Notes: generated from the letters alone by a model not told the origin. DNA of 62,600 nt from Dehalococcoidales bacterium (GCA_034430495.1 DAOUEG010000115.1:1-62600), one strand, 5' to 3'; shown: positions 27,005 through 36,564, counted from the first letter of the stretch. Numbers and translations are program-made.

Positions 27005-28030
27005 CTATGCGACGAGCGATTTCACGATGGGAGACTTGAGGAACGCCTTGACGACGGCGGGGTCGAACTGGGAGCCGGAGCAGCGCTTGATCTCGGCGAT
27101 GGCCCGGGCGGCCGGCATGGCGGCGCGGTAGGGCCGGTCCGAGGTCATGGCGTCGAAGGAGTCCGCCACGGCCAGGATGCGCGCCCCGAGCGGGATGGCC
27201 CGCCCGCTGAGGACCTGCCTGCCGTTCCGGGCATTGAAGCTGTCATGGTGGTGGCGTATCATCTCCACGATGGCCGTGTTGACGAGCGGCTGCACGATGC
27301 CGGGCCCGATGCTGCAGTGGGTCAGGATATAATCGTACTCGGCCGGGGTGAGCGAGCCGGGCTTGTTCTGGACGCTCGGGTCAATGCCTATCTTGCCGAT
27401 ATCGTGGAGGAGCGCCGCCCAGTGGAGGTTGTCGAGCTCCGCCGGCGACAGCCCGAGGGCCTGGCCGGTATCAATGGCGAGCTTGGTGACGCGGCGGGAG
27501 TGGCCGGCCGTGTAGGGGTCCTTGGCCTCCAGCGCGCTCACCAGGGACTCGACGGCGTCCATGAACAGCTTCTGGAGCTCGCGGGCCTGCTGCTCCACCT
27601 TGCCTTCCAGGTCCTGCCGCTTTTCCTTGAGGTTGAGCTCGAGCTGGCGCTTCCGCAGCACCGTCTCGATGTTGCCGACGAGCTGGCCCACGTCGAAGGG
27701 CTTGGTGATGTAGTCGAGCGCCCCGTTCTTCATGCAGGTCACGATGGTTTCCGGCTCGACGACGGCGGTGGCCATGATGATGGCCGTGTTCGGGTGCTTC
27801 TCCCGCAGCTGCGGCAACAGGTCGGCGCCGGTGGTGCCGGGCATCATGATATCCAGGATGACGAGGTCCGCCGGCCAGGCTTCGAGGTGGGCGAGGGCCT
27901 CGGCGGCGCTGCCGGCCTCGGCGCAGGCGAAACCGTTCCGCGTCAGACACTTGTTGAGGCTGCGGCGGACGGTCTTTTCGTCGTCAACGATGAGGATTGA
28001 TTCGCGGCTCGGCGCGGCCAGTAACGTCAT
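27005..28030 (-). CDS. Response regulator: REC domain fused to an HD-GYP-family HD domain with a degenerate GYP motif
   Basis: 341 aa. ILIVDDE...LVILDIMMPG receiver. HD motif LLHDIGK. HHHDSFNARNGRQV sits where canonical HD-GYP has HHExxDGxGYP. Confidence 0.85.
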   Translation of the reverse strand: MTLLAAPSRESILIVDDEKTVRRSLNKCLTRNGFACAEAGSAAEALAHLEAWPADLVILDIMMPGTTGADLLPQLREKHPNTAIIMATAVVEPETIVTCMKNGALDYITKPFDVGQLVGNIETVLRKRQLELNLKEKRQDLEGKVEQQARELQKLFMDAVESLVSALEAKDPYTAGHSRRVTKLAIDTGQALGLSPAELDNLHWAALLHDIGKIGIDPSVQNKPGSLTPAEYDYILTHCSIGPGIVQPLVNTAIVEMIRHHHDSFNARNGRQVLSGRAIPLGARILAVADSFDAMTSDRPYRAAMPAARAIAEIKRCSGSQFDPAVVKAFLKSPIVKSLVA

Positions 28031-30300
28031 GATGCAGGTTTCCTCTCTGTAGCGGTATCGGATGAAGCTCCCTCCGCCGGGGCGTCCCCGATGATGGGGA
28101 AGGTAATGGTGAAGGTGGCCCCCTGGCCGACCTCGCTCCGCACGCTTATCTTGCCGCCGTGCTTGACGGTGATGCCGTAGCAGATGCTGAGGCCGAGCCC
28201 GGTCCCCTTGCCGATTTCCTTGGTCGTGAAGAACGGGTCGAAGATACGCGGCAGGACGGATTTCTTGATGCCGCAGCCGTTGTCCTGGAAGCTGATTTTC
28301 ACCGAGTTGCCGGTGTGCCGCGTGGTGACGGTGAGCAGGCCGGGGCGGCCGACGGCTTCGATGGCGGCTTCCGCGTTGAGAACGATGTTGAGGAACACCT
28401 GCTGCAGCTGGTAGCGGTCAATGGCGACCTCCGGCAGGTTCCCGGCCAGGTTGGTGACCACGGTGATGTTGCCGGTGCTCGTCAGGTACTCCCGCAGCCG
28501 CAGCACGTCCCGGACGATGTCGTTGGGGTTGGCCCGTCCGCGGGCGTAGTTGTTGTTGCGGGTGAACAGCAGCACGTTGCGCACGATGCTGGCGGCCCGC
28601 TTGGCCTCGTCGTAGATGCAGGCGAGGTCTTCCCGGGACTCCCCGGCGACGCTGCCTTCGAGCAGCATCTGGGAGAGAGCCAGAATGCCGGTGAGCGGGT
28701 TGTTGAGCTCGTGGGCGAGCCCGGCCGCCATCTGGCCGATGGAGGCGAGCCGGTCGGTGAGGTAGAGCTTCTCCTTCTCCTCGACGGCGCGGGAGATATC
28801 GGAGAAGGTCATGAGCGTGCGGTTGTTCTCCATGCGGGTAATGACGCAGGCAAAAATCCGGTCCGTGCGGCCCTTCTGGTAGCGGAACTCGAGGGCGGCT
28901 TCCGCCCGGCGCCCGCGCTTGACCTCCCGGTAGGTCTCCAGGAGCTGTTTGACCGGTAAAATGTCTTTCAGCCGGCGTGCGGCCGCGGGCCGCCCGGCGA
29001 GGCCGAACATGCGGCGGAAGGCGGCGTTGACGAGGATGGCGTTGTCGCCTCTATCGGCCACGACGACGCCCTCCGTCATGGCGGCCAGTATGCTGTCCAC
29101 GAGCTCCTTGCTGACCTGGAGCTTGGATTCGGTCTCCTTCTGCCGGGTGATATCGTGGTAGATGCCGATGTAGGAGACGGTGTTGCCCTCCTCGTCCATG
29201 AGGGGGGAATAACGGCAATCGCAGATAATCACCTCGCCGTCCTTGCGGCGCTTGCGGATGACGCCGGTCCAGGGGTTGCCCCGGCCGAGATTGAGGTACA
29301 TCCGCGCCAGCGTCCGGCGGGGGAGCGGTTTATCATTGAAGAGCGAGAGCGGCTGGCCGGTCGCCTCTTCCAGCGTGTAGCCGAAGAGGTCCTGGGCCGT
29401 CTTGTTCAGGTAGACGATCTTGCGGTCGGCGTCCGCGACGACGGTGGCGTCCGAGACCTGCTCGGTGATGGAGCTGAGCAGGCGGAGCTGCTCTTCCGTT
29501 TCCCTGAGCTTGGTGATGTCCAGCACGTGCATCATGACGTGGGGCTGGCCGTCCAGAGTGATGACCCGGCCGGAGGCGTAGCCCATGCGGAACACGCCGG
29601 TCTTGGTGCGGTAGGGCAGCAGCTCGTCGTGGAACTCGCCGTGCTCCAGGAGCAGGTGGGCGACCCGTTCGAAGTCTGCCGGGCTGTCCCAGAGGCCGAG
29701 CTCGTCCGGGGTGCGGCCGATGACCTCGGCGCGGGTGTAGCCCTTGTCGCGGAGGAAGGCCTCGTTGACCTCCACGAACCGGGTGCTCGGCAGGTGGGCG
29801 ATGGAGATGCCGGCCGGGCTGGCGTTGAAGGCGGTGGTCAGGCGCTCCTCGGACTCGCGGAGGGCCTTCTGGGTGGCCTTGCGGCCGGTGATGTCGCGGC
29901 TGATGAAGACCACGTCCGTGGCGCGGCCGTCGGCATCGCGGATGACCGTCTTGGTCTGCTCGATCCAGACGTCGGAGCCGTTCTTGTGGGTCCAGCAGAA
30001 CTCCACCGGCGTGGTGCCCCAGGGATTGTCCGGGTCGGAGAGGGCCTGGAACTCCCGGTAGCGGTCGCTGCCGTCCGGTTCGATGCCGGGGACGCCGGGA
30101 TGGGCGTAAAACTCCTCCTGCGTGAAGCCGGTAATCGGGTAGCAGGCGGGGTTGACGTAGACGAGGTGCTGCGTCGGCGCGAGGCTGACGTGCAGTATCA
30201 TGTCGCTGGAGTTCTCCGCCAGGGCGCGGAAAAGGTCCGCGCTCTCCCCGGCGACGGCCGGGGCGGCGAGGTCCATGACTGCCTGTTTCGTTGCTTTCAT
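28027..30300 (-). CDS. Cytoplasmic multi-PAS sensor histidine kinase
   Basis: About 757 aa from ATG 30300. About four PAS repeats, H-box AHELNNPL, and N/G boxes (NIVLNA, DNGCGI, GTGLGLS). No TM segment. ATGA overlap with the regulator. Confidence 0.88.
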   Translation of the reverse strand: MKATKQAVMDLAAPAVAGESADLFRALAENSSDMILHVSLAPTQHLVYVNPACYPITGFTQEEFYAHPGVPGIEPDGSDRYREFQALSDPDNPWGTTPVEFCWTHKNGSDVWIEQTKTVIRDADGRATDVVFISRDITGRKATQKALRESEERLTTAFNASPAGISIAHLPSTRFVEVNEAFLRDKGYTRAEVIGRTPDELGLWDSPADFERVAHLLLEHGEFHDELLPYRTKTGVFRMGYASGRVITLDGQPHVMMHVLDITKLRETEEQLRLLSSITEQVSDATVVADADRKIVYLNKTAQDLFGYTLEEATGQPLSLFNDKPLPRRTLARMYLNLGRGNPWTGVIRKRRKDGEVIICDCRYSPLMDEEGNTVSYIGIYHDITRQKETESKLQVSKELVDSILAAMTEGVVVADRGDNAILVNAAFRRMFGLAGRPAAARRLKDILPVKQLLETYREVKRGRRAEAALEFRYQKGRTDRIFACVITRMENNRTLMTFSDISRAVEEKEKLYLTDRLASIGQMAAGLAHELNNPLTGILALSQMLLEGSVAGESREDLACIYDEAKRAASIVRNVLLFTRNNNYARGRANPNDIVRDVLRLREYLTSTGNITVVTNLAGNLPEVAIDRYQLQQVFLNIVLNAEAAIEAVGRPGLLTVTTRHTGNSVKISFQDNGCGIKKSVLPRIFDPFFTTKEIGKGTGLGLSICYGITVKHGGKISVRSEVGQGATFTITFPIIGDAPAEGASSDTATERKPAS

Positions 30301-30526
30301 CTGATGCCGCCGGGGGCGCCGTCCGCCCCCGTTTTTCCCACGTAATATGGCCCAATCGTACCACCCGCAGGGTAAACAACGGGTGAACGCCGCGCGCGCG
30401 GATATAAAAGTTCCGTAAAAATCCGCCCCTGTTTGAGCATGAGGCGGGCGCCGGGGCATGGTACAATGGCGGCATGACCCGGCGCCGGAGCAGCCGGGCG
30501 TTTCCCCCGGGGAGAAGGAGCCTGCC

Positions 30527-31750
30527 ATGAAGATAACCCTGCCGCAGCTGGCCTGGCACGGACGGGAGGACCGGGACTTCGAGCTGCCGGACGACTGGGA
30601 CGTCCGGACCTGCCCGATGGCCGGGCACGACCGCCCCCGCCTGTCCGACGCCGCCCTGCGGCGGGCCGTGCGCGGGCCCATCGGCATGGCGCCGCTGCGG
30701 GAGTACGCCCGGGGGAAAAAGCAGGCCGTCATCCTGTTCGACGACCTGGCCCGGGTGACGCGGGTCGCCGAAATCGTCCCGCACGTGCTGGCGGAGCTGG
30801 CGGCGGCGGGCCTCCGGGACGGTCAGATCCGCTTCGTCTGCGCCAACGGCTGCCACGGAGCGATGAACCGGACCGACTTCGAGAAGAAACTGGGCAGCGA
30901 CGTCCTGGCGCGGTTCCCGGTCTACAACCACTCGCCGTTCGATAACTGCGTGCCGGTGGGAACGACGAGCAGCGGTACGCCCCTCGTAATGAACGCCGAG
31001 GTCATGGCCTGCGACCTCAAGATAGGCATCGGCTCCATCGTGCCGCACATCATGGCCGGGTTCGGCGGCGGGAACAAGATAGTCCTGCCGGGCGTGGCCG
31101 CCTACGAGACGGTGGTGGCCCTCCACGCGCCGCGGCAGGCCGGCACCTCGACGGTGAGCGGCATGGGCGCGCTGGCGGACAACCCCCGGCGGCGGGACGT
31201 GGACGAGGCGGCGGCCATCGTGGGGCTGGACATGAAGATTGATGCCGTCGTCAACGCCCGCGGCGAGACGGTCAAGCTCTTCGCCGGGGCGCCGGGGCCC
31301 TGCTACGCCGCTGCCCTGGCCGAGGCCCGGAAGCACTACCTGACCCCGGCGGCGCGGGAGCAGGACGTCGTCATCGCCAACACCTTCGCCAAGGCCAACG
31401 AGGCGGTCTCCGGCCTCATGGTGGCGTTTCCCTCGGTGAAATCGTCCGGCGGGGACGTGGTGCTCATCGCCAACGCGCCGGACGGGCAGATGACCCACTA
31501 CCTGATGGGGCCGTGGGGGAACGACATCGGCGGCAAGCTCCAGCTCGTCATGACGGCGCCGGAAAACGTGGCGCGGCTCATCGTCTTCAGCGAGTACCCG
31601 GAGCTGGCGAGCCGGTACTACCTGGCGGACACCGGCAACGTATTCCTCGTGAACGACTGGGACGAGGTGGTACGGATGCTCGCCGGGCGGCACGGCCCGG
31701 GCACGCGGGCGGCGGTCTACCCGAGCGCGGATATCCAGTATTTCGGGTAA
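30527..31750 (+). CDS. LarA-like (nickel-pincer lactate racemase family, DUF2088) protein
   Basis: 407 aa from ATG 30527 (SD GGAGAAGGAG). DDLARVT, CANGCHG and IVPHIMAGFGGG motifs are typical of the LarA N-terminal domain. Confidence 0.75.
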   Translation: MKITLPQLAWHGREDRDFELPDDWDVRTCPMAGHDRPRLSDAALRRAVRGPIGMAPLREYARGKKQAVILFDDLARVTRVAEIVPHVLAELAAAGLRDGQIRFVCANGCHGAMNRTDFEKKLGSDVLARFPVYNHSPFDNCVPVGTTSSGTPLVMNAEVMACDLKIGIGSIVPHIMAGFGGGNKIVLPGVAAYETVVALHAPRQAGTSTVSGMGALADNPRRRDVDEAAAIVGLDMKIDAVVNARGETVKLFAGAPGPCYAAALAEARKHYLTPAAREQDVVIANTFAKANEAVSGLMVAFPSVKSSGGDVVLIANAPDGQMTHYLMGPWGNDIGGKLQLVMTAPENVARLIVFSEYPELASRYYLADTGNVFLVNDWDEVVRMLAGRHGPGTRAAVYPSADIQYFG

Positions 31751-31751
31751 A

Positions 31752-32804
31752 TCAGAAGCCGACCGGCGTGCCGGAAACCCGCACCAGCACTTTTACGAGG
31801 TTTTCCTTGTCCTTGAGCAGCCCCTCGAACCCCTCCTCGACGGCCCGCTCCAGCGGGACGATGGTGGAGACGAGCGGCGCGGCGTCGAGGCGGCCGGCGG
31901 CGAGCAGTTCGATGACCTCTTTCCCCTCGTCCACGTAGATAGAGCTGCCCACGATGGTTTTTTCGGAGAAGGTGATGGTGCGGTAATCGAGCGTGCCCGT
32001 TTGTTCGAAGACGCCGGCGACGGAAATCATGCCGCCGGGCCGGGCCAGATTGACGGCCAGCTGCGGGGTGTCCGGGTAGCCGACGCACTCCACCGCCGCG
32101 TCCGCGCCGAGGCCGTCCGTCAGCGCCCGTACCTTCGGGACGGGGTCGCCGTCCTCCAGGCAGAGCACGGCGTCGGTGCCGAGCCGCTCGGCGAGGCGCG
32201 CCCGGCCCCGGTGCTTGGCGACGAGATAGACGCCCTTCGCCCCCGCCCCCTTCGCCGCCAACAGCGCGGACAGGCCGATGGCCCCGTCCCCCACCACCGC
32301 CACCGAGGCGCCGGGAGCAACCTTCGCCTGCCGGACGGCGTGGAGGCCCACGGCCAGGGGCTCGACGAGGGCGGCCAGCTCGTCCGGGATGGCATCGGGG
32401 ACGACGTAGCAGGCGTAGGCGGGTGCCACGTAGTAGCCCGCCAGGCAGCCGTCCGCGGTGAGGCCGTTGAAGCCCGCCTCGACGCAGAGATTGACGCGGC
32501 CCAGTTTGCAGTAGTGGCACGTCCCGCAGTAGCGGTAGCCCACCCCGGAGACGCGGTCGCCGGGGGTGAAGCCTTTGACCCCCGGGCCGACGGCGGCGAC
32601 GGTGCCGCAGAACTCGTGCCCGAGGGTGAGGGGAGCCCTGGCGGCGTCCACCAGCACCGGGCCGTCGCTGTACTCCTTGAGGTCGGTGCCGCATATACCG
32701 GCCAGCGTCACCCGTATCTTGAGTTCGCCGGGGCCGGGAGACGGCTCCGGGACGTCGTCGAGCCGCAGGTCGCGCCGTCCGTGCCAGCGGAGAGCTTTCA
32801 TCAC
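31752..32804 (-). CDS. Zinc-dependent alcohol/polyol dehydrogenase (MDR family)
   Basis: 350 aa. GICGTDLKEY, GHEFCG, structural-Zn Cys cluster CGTCHYCKLGRVNLC, and GDGAIG Rossmann motif. Confidence 0.9.
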   Translation of the reverse strand: MMKALRWHGRRDLRLDDVPEPSPGPGELKIRVTLAGICGTDLKEYSDGPVLVDAARAPLTLGHEFCGTVAAVGPGVKGFTPGDRVSGVGYRYCGTCHYCKLGRVNLCVEAGFNGLTADGCLAGYYVAPAYACYVVPDAIPDELAALVEPLAVGLHAVRQAKVAPGASVAVVGDGAIGLSALLAAKGAGAKGVYLVAKHRGRARLAERLGTDAVLCLEDGDPVPKVRALTDGLGADAAVECVGYPDTPQLAVNLARPGGMISVAGVFEQTGTLDYRTITFSEKTIVGSSIYVDEGKEVIELLAAGRLDAAPLVSTIVPLERAVEEGFEGLLKDKENLVKVLVRVSGTPVGF

Positions 32805-32854
32805 TTACCTTCCTCGCAGGGTTAGGCCATTATCCTGACGCGGCGCGGACTTTG

Positions 32855-33715
32855 TCAACCCGCCTGGAACGCGTCGAGGAGGGGCGCCGCCTGCTTCGGG
32901 TCCAGCTTCTGCCGCACGACCGCCTGCCTGGCCAGCTGGGGGAGCCTGTCTTCGTAGACGGGGCGCTCCTTCCGGTAGATGATGCCGGTGGGGATGCGGT
33001 CGCCCCACTCCATCGCCTTGGTCATGGCGGCGGTCCAGTCGGACGGGTCGTGGCCCTCGTCCTCCACCTTGTAGACGCGTTCGCGGTACCACTGGTAGGT
33101 GTTGACGTGGTTGAAAGACACGCAGGGCTGGAGGATATCAACGAGGGCGAAGCCGTGGTGGCTGATGCCGGCCCGGATGAGGTCGGTGAGTTGGGGGACG
33201 TCCCCGGCGAAGCCGCGGGCCAGGAAGGTGACGTCCGAGGCGAGCGCTACGGCCAGCGGGCGGAAGGGCTCGCCGGAGCCGAGGGGCGTCGTCTTGGTGA
33301 CGGTGCCGAGGTCGCTCGTCGGGGAGGCCTGCCCCTTGGTGAGGCCGTAAATCTGGTTGTTGGTGGCCAGGTAGGTCAGGTCCACGTTGCGGCGCATGGC
33401 GGCCAGGAGGTGGTTGCCGCCCTCGCCGTAGGCCCCGCCGTCGCCGTCAATGCCGATGACGGTCAGCTTGTGGTTCACCAGCTTGGCCCCCTGGGCGGCG
33501 GGCAGGGAGCGGCCGTGGAGGCCGTTGAAGACGTTGCCGCGGGTATAGTGGGGCAGCTTGGGCCCCTGGCCGATGCCGGAGACGAAGAGGACGTCCCGCG
33601 GCGCCAGCCCGAGAGCCACGAGGGCCTCGTTGACGGCTTTCAAAATGCCGAAGTTGCCGCAGCCGGGACACCAGGCGATGGGGACGTTCGAGGCGTAGTC
33701 CTGCAGCGTTACCAT
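32855..33715 (-). CDS. korB: 2-oxoacid:ferredoxin oxidoreductase, beta (TPP-binding) subunit
   Basis: 286 aa. WCPGCGNFGIL and GIDGDGGAYGEGGNH TPP motif. Substrate (2-oxoglutarate or other) cannot be determined. Confidence 0.85.
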   Translation of the reverse strand: MVTLQDYASNVPIAWCPGCGNFGILKAVNEALVALGLAPRDVLFVSGIGQGPKLPHYTRGNVFNGLHGRSLPAAQGAKLVNHKLTVIGIDGDGGAYGEGGNHLLAAMRRNVDLTYLATNNQIYGLTKGQASPTSDLGTVTKTTPLGSGEPFRPLAVALASDVTFLARGFAGDVPQLTDLIRAGISHHGFALVDILQPCVSFNHVNTYQWYRERVYKVEDEGHDPSDWTAAMTKAMEWGDRIPTGIIYRKERPVYEDRLPQLARQAVVRQKLDPKQAAPLLDAFQAG

Positions 33716-35442
33716 GTCGAAACCTCCTTGCGCACGCGCCGGGCGATGCCCTCCGGCGTGAAGGGGCGGCCGTCATACTTCAGGATTTTGGCGTCCGCGA
33801 CGAGGCCGGTCTCCCGCCGCATGAGGCGGGCGAGCTGGCCGGAGGGGTTGTTCTCCACCACGATGGCCTTGCCGGTCTTCGCCACGGCGGCGGTCACCTG
33901 GGCCGAGGGGAACGGCCAGACCTGGCGGAGCTGGAGGGTGTCCGCCGGGATGCCCTCGTCCTTCAAAAGGGCGGCGGCCTCGCGGATGGCGCCTCCGGTG
34001 CTGCCCCAGCCGATGAGGGTGAGTATCGCGCCCTCCGTGCGGCGGGCGACCGGCCGCAGCACCTCGCGGGCGAGGCCGCGGTTCTTGCGCTGCCGCTTCT
34101 CCACCTGGCGGTTGCGGGTGGCGGCGTCCTCTATCATGTGGCCGTACTCGTCGTGCTCGTCGGAGTCCGTCACCACGAGGGCGGGGCCCCGGCCGGGGAG
34201 GGCCCGCTTGGAGATGCCGGAGCGGGTGATGGCGTGGCGCAGGTAGTCCTTGCAGGTCCGTATCTCGGCCTCGGAGAGCATCTCGCCGCGGTCAATGACG
34301 ACCTTGCTCAGGTCCGGCCGGGCGATGGTGGTGAAGGAGGTGGCCAGGTGGTGGTCCGAGAGGATGAAGACGGGGGTCTGGTACTTCTCCGCCAGGTTGA
34401 AGGCGGTGACGGCGGCCTCGAAGGCCTCGTCGGGCGTCGAAGGGGTCAGAATAGCGCGGGGAAACTCGCCGTGGCCGGCGTGGAGGGCGAACCAGAGCTC
34501 GCCCTGCTCGGTACGGGTGGGCAGGCCGGTGGCCGGGCCGGGCCGCTGGGCCAGGAAGATGACGACCGGCGTCTCCGTCATGCCGGCCAGCGCCAGCGCC
34601 TCCACCATGAGGGCGAAGCCGCCGCCGGAGGTGGCCACCATGGCGCGCGCCCCGGTGAAGCCGGCCCCGACGGCCATGTTCATGCCGGCGATCTCGTCCT
34701 CCACGTGGACGGCCACGGCGCCGAGGGCCCGGCCTTGGTTGGCGATGAACTCCATGACGGAGCTGGCCGGGGTCATGGGGTAGCCGGAGACGAAGCGGCA
34801 GCCGGCGGCAAGGGCGCCGAGGGCCACGGCATCGTTGCCGTTGATGAGCATCTGCCGTGCACCACCCGCTTTCTTGCGGCCGGCCGGGAACGCGACCGAC
34901 ACGCCCAGGTTGTGGATATAATCATAGCCGGCCCTGGCGGCGCCCCGGTTCTCCCTGACGGTCTTGGCGCCGTGGCGGCCGAACTCCTTTTGCAGGGTGG
35001 AGCCGAGGATATCAAGGTCGAACGAACCGGCGCCGAGCACGGCGCCGACGGCCACGGTGTTCTCCATGAGCTTGTTGCCGGCGGTCTCGGTGGCGAGCTT
35101 GGCGAGGGGCACGTTCACGAAGCGTTTGCCGCTGAGCGTCTCGCCGACGGTCTGGGCGTCGTAGATGACGATGCCGGTGGGGGCCAGCTCGCGGCGGTGG
35201 AGCTCGATGGTCTCCCGGTTGAGGGCCACGAGGATGTCCAGCTTCTCGTTGACGGCGCGGACGTCCGCCGTGGCGGCCCGGATGCGGAAGAAGTTGTGGC
35301 CGCCGCGCACGCGGCTCTCGTAGTCCTGGTCGGCGAAGACGGAGAGCCCGGCGGCAGCCAGCGAACCGGCGAGGATGGCCCCGACGGACTGCACGCCCTG
35401 GCCGGCCTCGCCGCCGACCATGATGACGATTTCGTTACTCAT
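33709..35442 (-). CDS. korA: 2-oxoacid:ferredoxin oxidoreductase, alpha subunit
   Basis: 577 aa from ATG 35442 (SD GGGAGG). GGEAGQGVQS N-terminus. Overlaps the beta subunit gene by 7 nt. Confidence 0.85.
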   Translation of the reverse strand: MSNEIVIMVGGEAGQGVQSVGAILAGSLAAAGLSVFADQDYESRVRGGHNFFRIRAATADVRAVNEKLDILVALNRETIELHRRELAPTGIVIYDAQTVGETLSGKRFVNVPLAKLATETAGNKLMENTVAVGAVLGAGSFDLDILGSTLQKEFGRHGAKTVRENRGAARAGYDYIHNLGVSVAFPAGRKKAGGARQMLINGNDAVALGALAAGCRFVSGYPMTPASSVMEFIANQGRALGAVAVHVEDEIAGMNMAVGAGFTGARAMVATSGGGFALMVEALALAGMTETPVVIFLAQRPGPATGLPTRTEQGELWFALHAGHGEFPRAILTPSTPDEAFEAAVTAFNLAEKYQTPVFILSDHHLATSFTTIARPDLSKVVIDRGEMLSEAEIRTCKDYLRHAITRSGISKRALPGRGPALVVTDSDEHDEYGHMIEDAATRNRQVEKRQRKNRGLAREVLRPVARRTEGAILTLIGWGSTGGAIREAAALLKDEGIPADTLQLRQVWPFPSAQVTAAVAKTGKAIVVENNPSGQLARLMRRETGLVADAKILKYDGRPFTPEGIARRVRKEVSTW

Positions 35443-35542
35443 GGGGATACCTCCCGATACTTCCATTCTGCCACAGCGGTTCAGGTACGTTCAAGGACAA
35501 ACGTCACGACCCCTCCGCCAATTCGCACCGGTCAAACCAAGC

Positions 35543-35551
35543 TGGTATAAT
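35543..35551 (+). promoter_or_regulatory. Extended -10 promoter element upstream of moxR-like gene
   Basis: TGgTATAAT lies 33 nt upstream of the ATG. The -35 is weak. Confidence 0.5.
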
Positions 35552-35583
35552 GGGTTGGATTTTTCAGAACCGGCGGGGTAAGC

Positions 35584-36561
35584 ATGGCAGAGAGCAACGT
35601 CCTCAGGATACAGTCAACCGTGGCCAAGGTGATAGAAAACGTGGCCCGCGTCATCGTAGGGAAGGACGAGGTGGTGGAGCTCGCGGCCATCGCGCTGCTG
35701 TGCGAAGGCCACATTCTGCTGGAGGACGTGCCGGGGCTCGGCAAGACGGTGCTGGCCAAGTCCCTGGCGAAGTCGCTCGGCTGCTCCTTCCGGCGCATCC
35801 AGTGCACCCCGGACCTGCTGCCGGCGGACATCACCGGCACCTACATCTTCAATCAGCGGACGTCCGATTTCGAGTTCCGGCCCGGTCCGGTCATCGCGCA
35901 GGTGGTGCTGGCGGACGAAATCAACCGCGCCACGCCGCGCACGCAGAGCGCGCTCTTGGAGGCGATGCAGGAGCGGCAGGTGACGACCGAGGGCGAGACG
36001 CGCCCGCTACCCCGCCCGTTCCTCGTCATGGCGACGCAGAACCCCATCGAGCTGGAAGGCACCTTCCCGCTGCCGGAGGCGCAGCTCGACCGCTTCCTCG
36101 TCAAGATAACGATGGGCTACCCGAGCGTCGCGGAGGACAAGCAGATCCTGGCCCGGTTCCGCACCGAGGACCCGCTCGACGAGCTCCAGCCGGTCATCAC
36201 CGCCGAGGAGCTGCTCGAAATGCAGCAAGCCGTGCGCGAGGTGCACCTGACCGGGGACGTGGAGGACTACATCGTGCGGCTCATCCACGCTACCCGCGAA
36301 CACGAGGCCCTCGAGCTCGGCGCGAGCCCCCGCGCCATGCTGGCCCTCTACAACGCCGCCCAGGCCCTGGCCGCCGTGCGGGGACGGGACTACGCCACCC
36401 CGGACGATATCAAGCACCTCGCCACGCCGGTGCTCGTCCACCGCCTCATCCCCCGGGCCGAGAGCCGGCTGCGCGGCCGGCGCGCCGAGGAAACGTTACA
36501 GGAAATCATGGCCAAGGTCTTCGTGCCGGTGGAGGCGGAGGAAGCAGCCGGGGAAAGCTAG
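35584..36561 (+). CDS. MoxR-family AAA+ ATPase
   Basis: 325 aa. Walker A GLGKT, Walker B LADEINR, and ATQNP sensor motif. Confidence 0.9.
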   Translation: MAESNVLRIQSTVAKVIENVARVIVGKDEVVELAAIALLCEGHILLEDVPGLGKTVLAKSLAKSLGCSFRRIQCTPDLLPADITGTYIFNQRTSDFEFRPGPVIAQVVLADEINRATPRTQSALLEAMQERQVTTEGETRPLPRPFLVMATQNPIELEGTFPLPEAQLDRFLVKITMGYPSVAEDKQILARFRTEDPLDELQPVITAEELLEMQQAVREVHLTGDVEDYIVRLIHATREHEALELGASPRAMLALYNAAQALAAVRGRDYATPDDIKHLATPVLVHRLIPRAESRLRGRRAEETLQEIMAKVFVPVEAEEAAGES

Positions 36562-36564
36562 GCC

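Noticed and set aside
30312-30336. Plus-strand hairpin gggggcg-ccgtc-cgccccc followed by gTTTTT, just upstream (antisense) of the kinase start
   Set aside because: No plus-strand gene ends here. It lies in the kinase 5' UTR region, it is a single occurrence, and its function is not inferable. It could simply be a 5' UTR structure.
30301-30732. N-terminal 144-aa extension of the histidine kinase. There are analogous track extensions of parA (to 8299), the DUF2089 gene (from 8241), SDRs, cinA, the epimerase, pilin 1 and the a/b-hydrolase (to 5458).
   Set aside because: The extensions are Arg/Ser/Pro/Cys-rich junk that runs through promoter or AT-rich regions or into neighbouring genes. Internal ATG or GTG codons with SD sequences coincide with the conserved N-termini of the families.
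29333-31693. 786-aa minus-strand ORF spanning the kinase N-terminus, an intergenic region and the LarA-like gene
   Set aside because: It crosses a divergent promoter region, has an Arg/Pro/Gly/His-rich composition, and both real genes are recognisable in other frames or strands.
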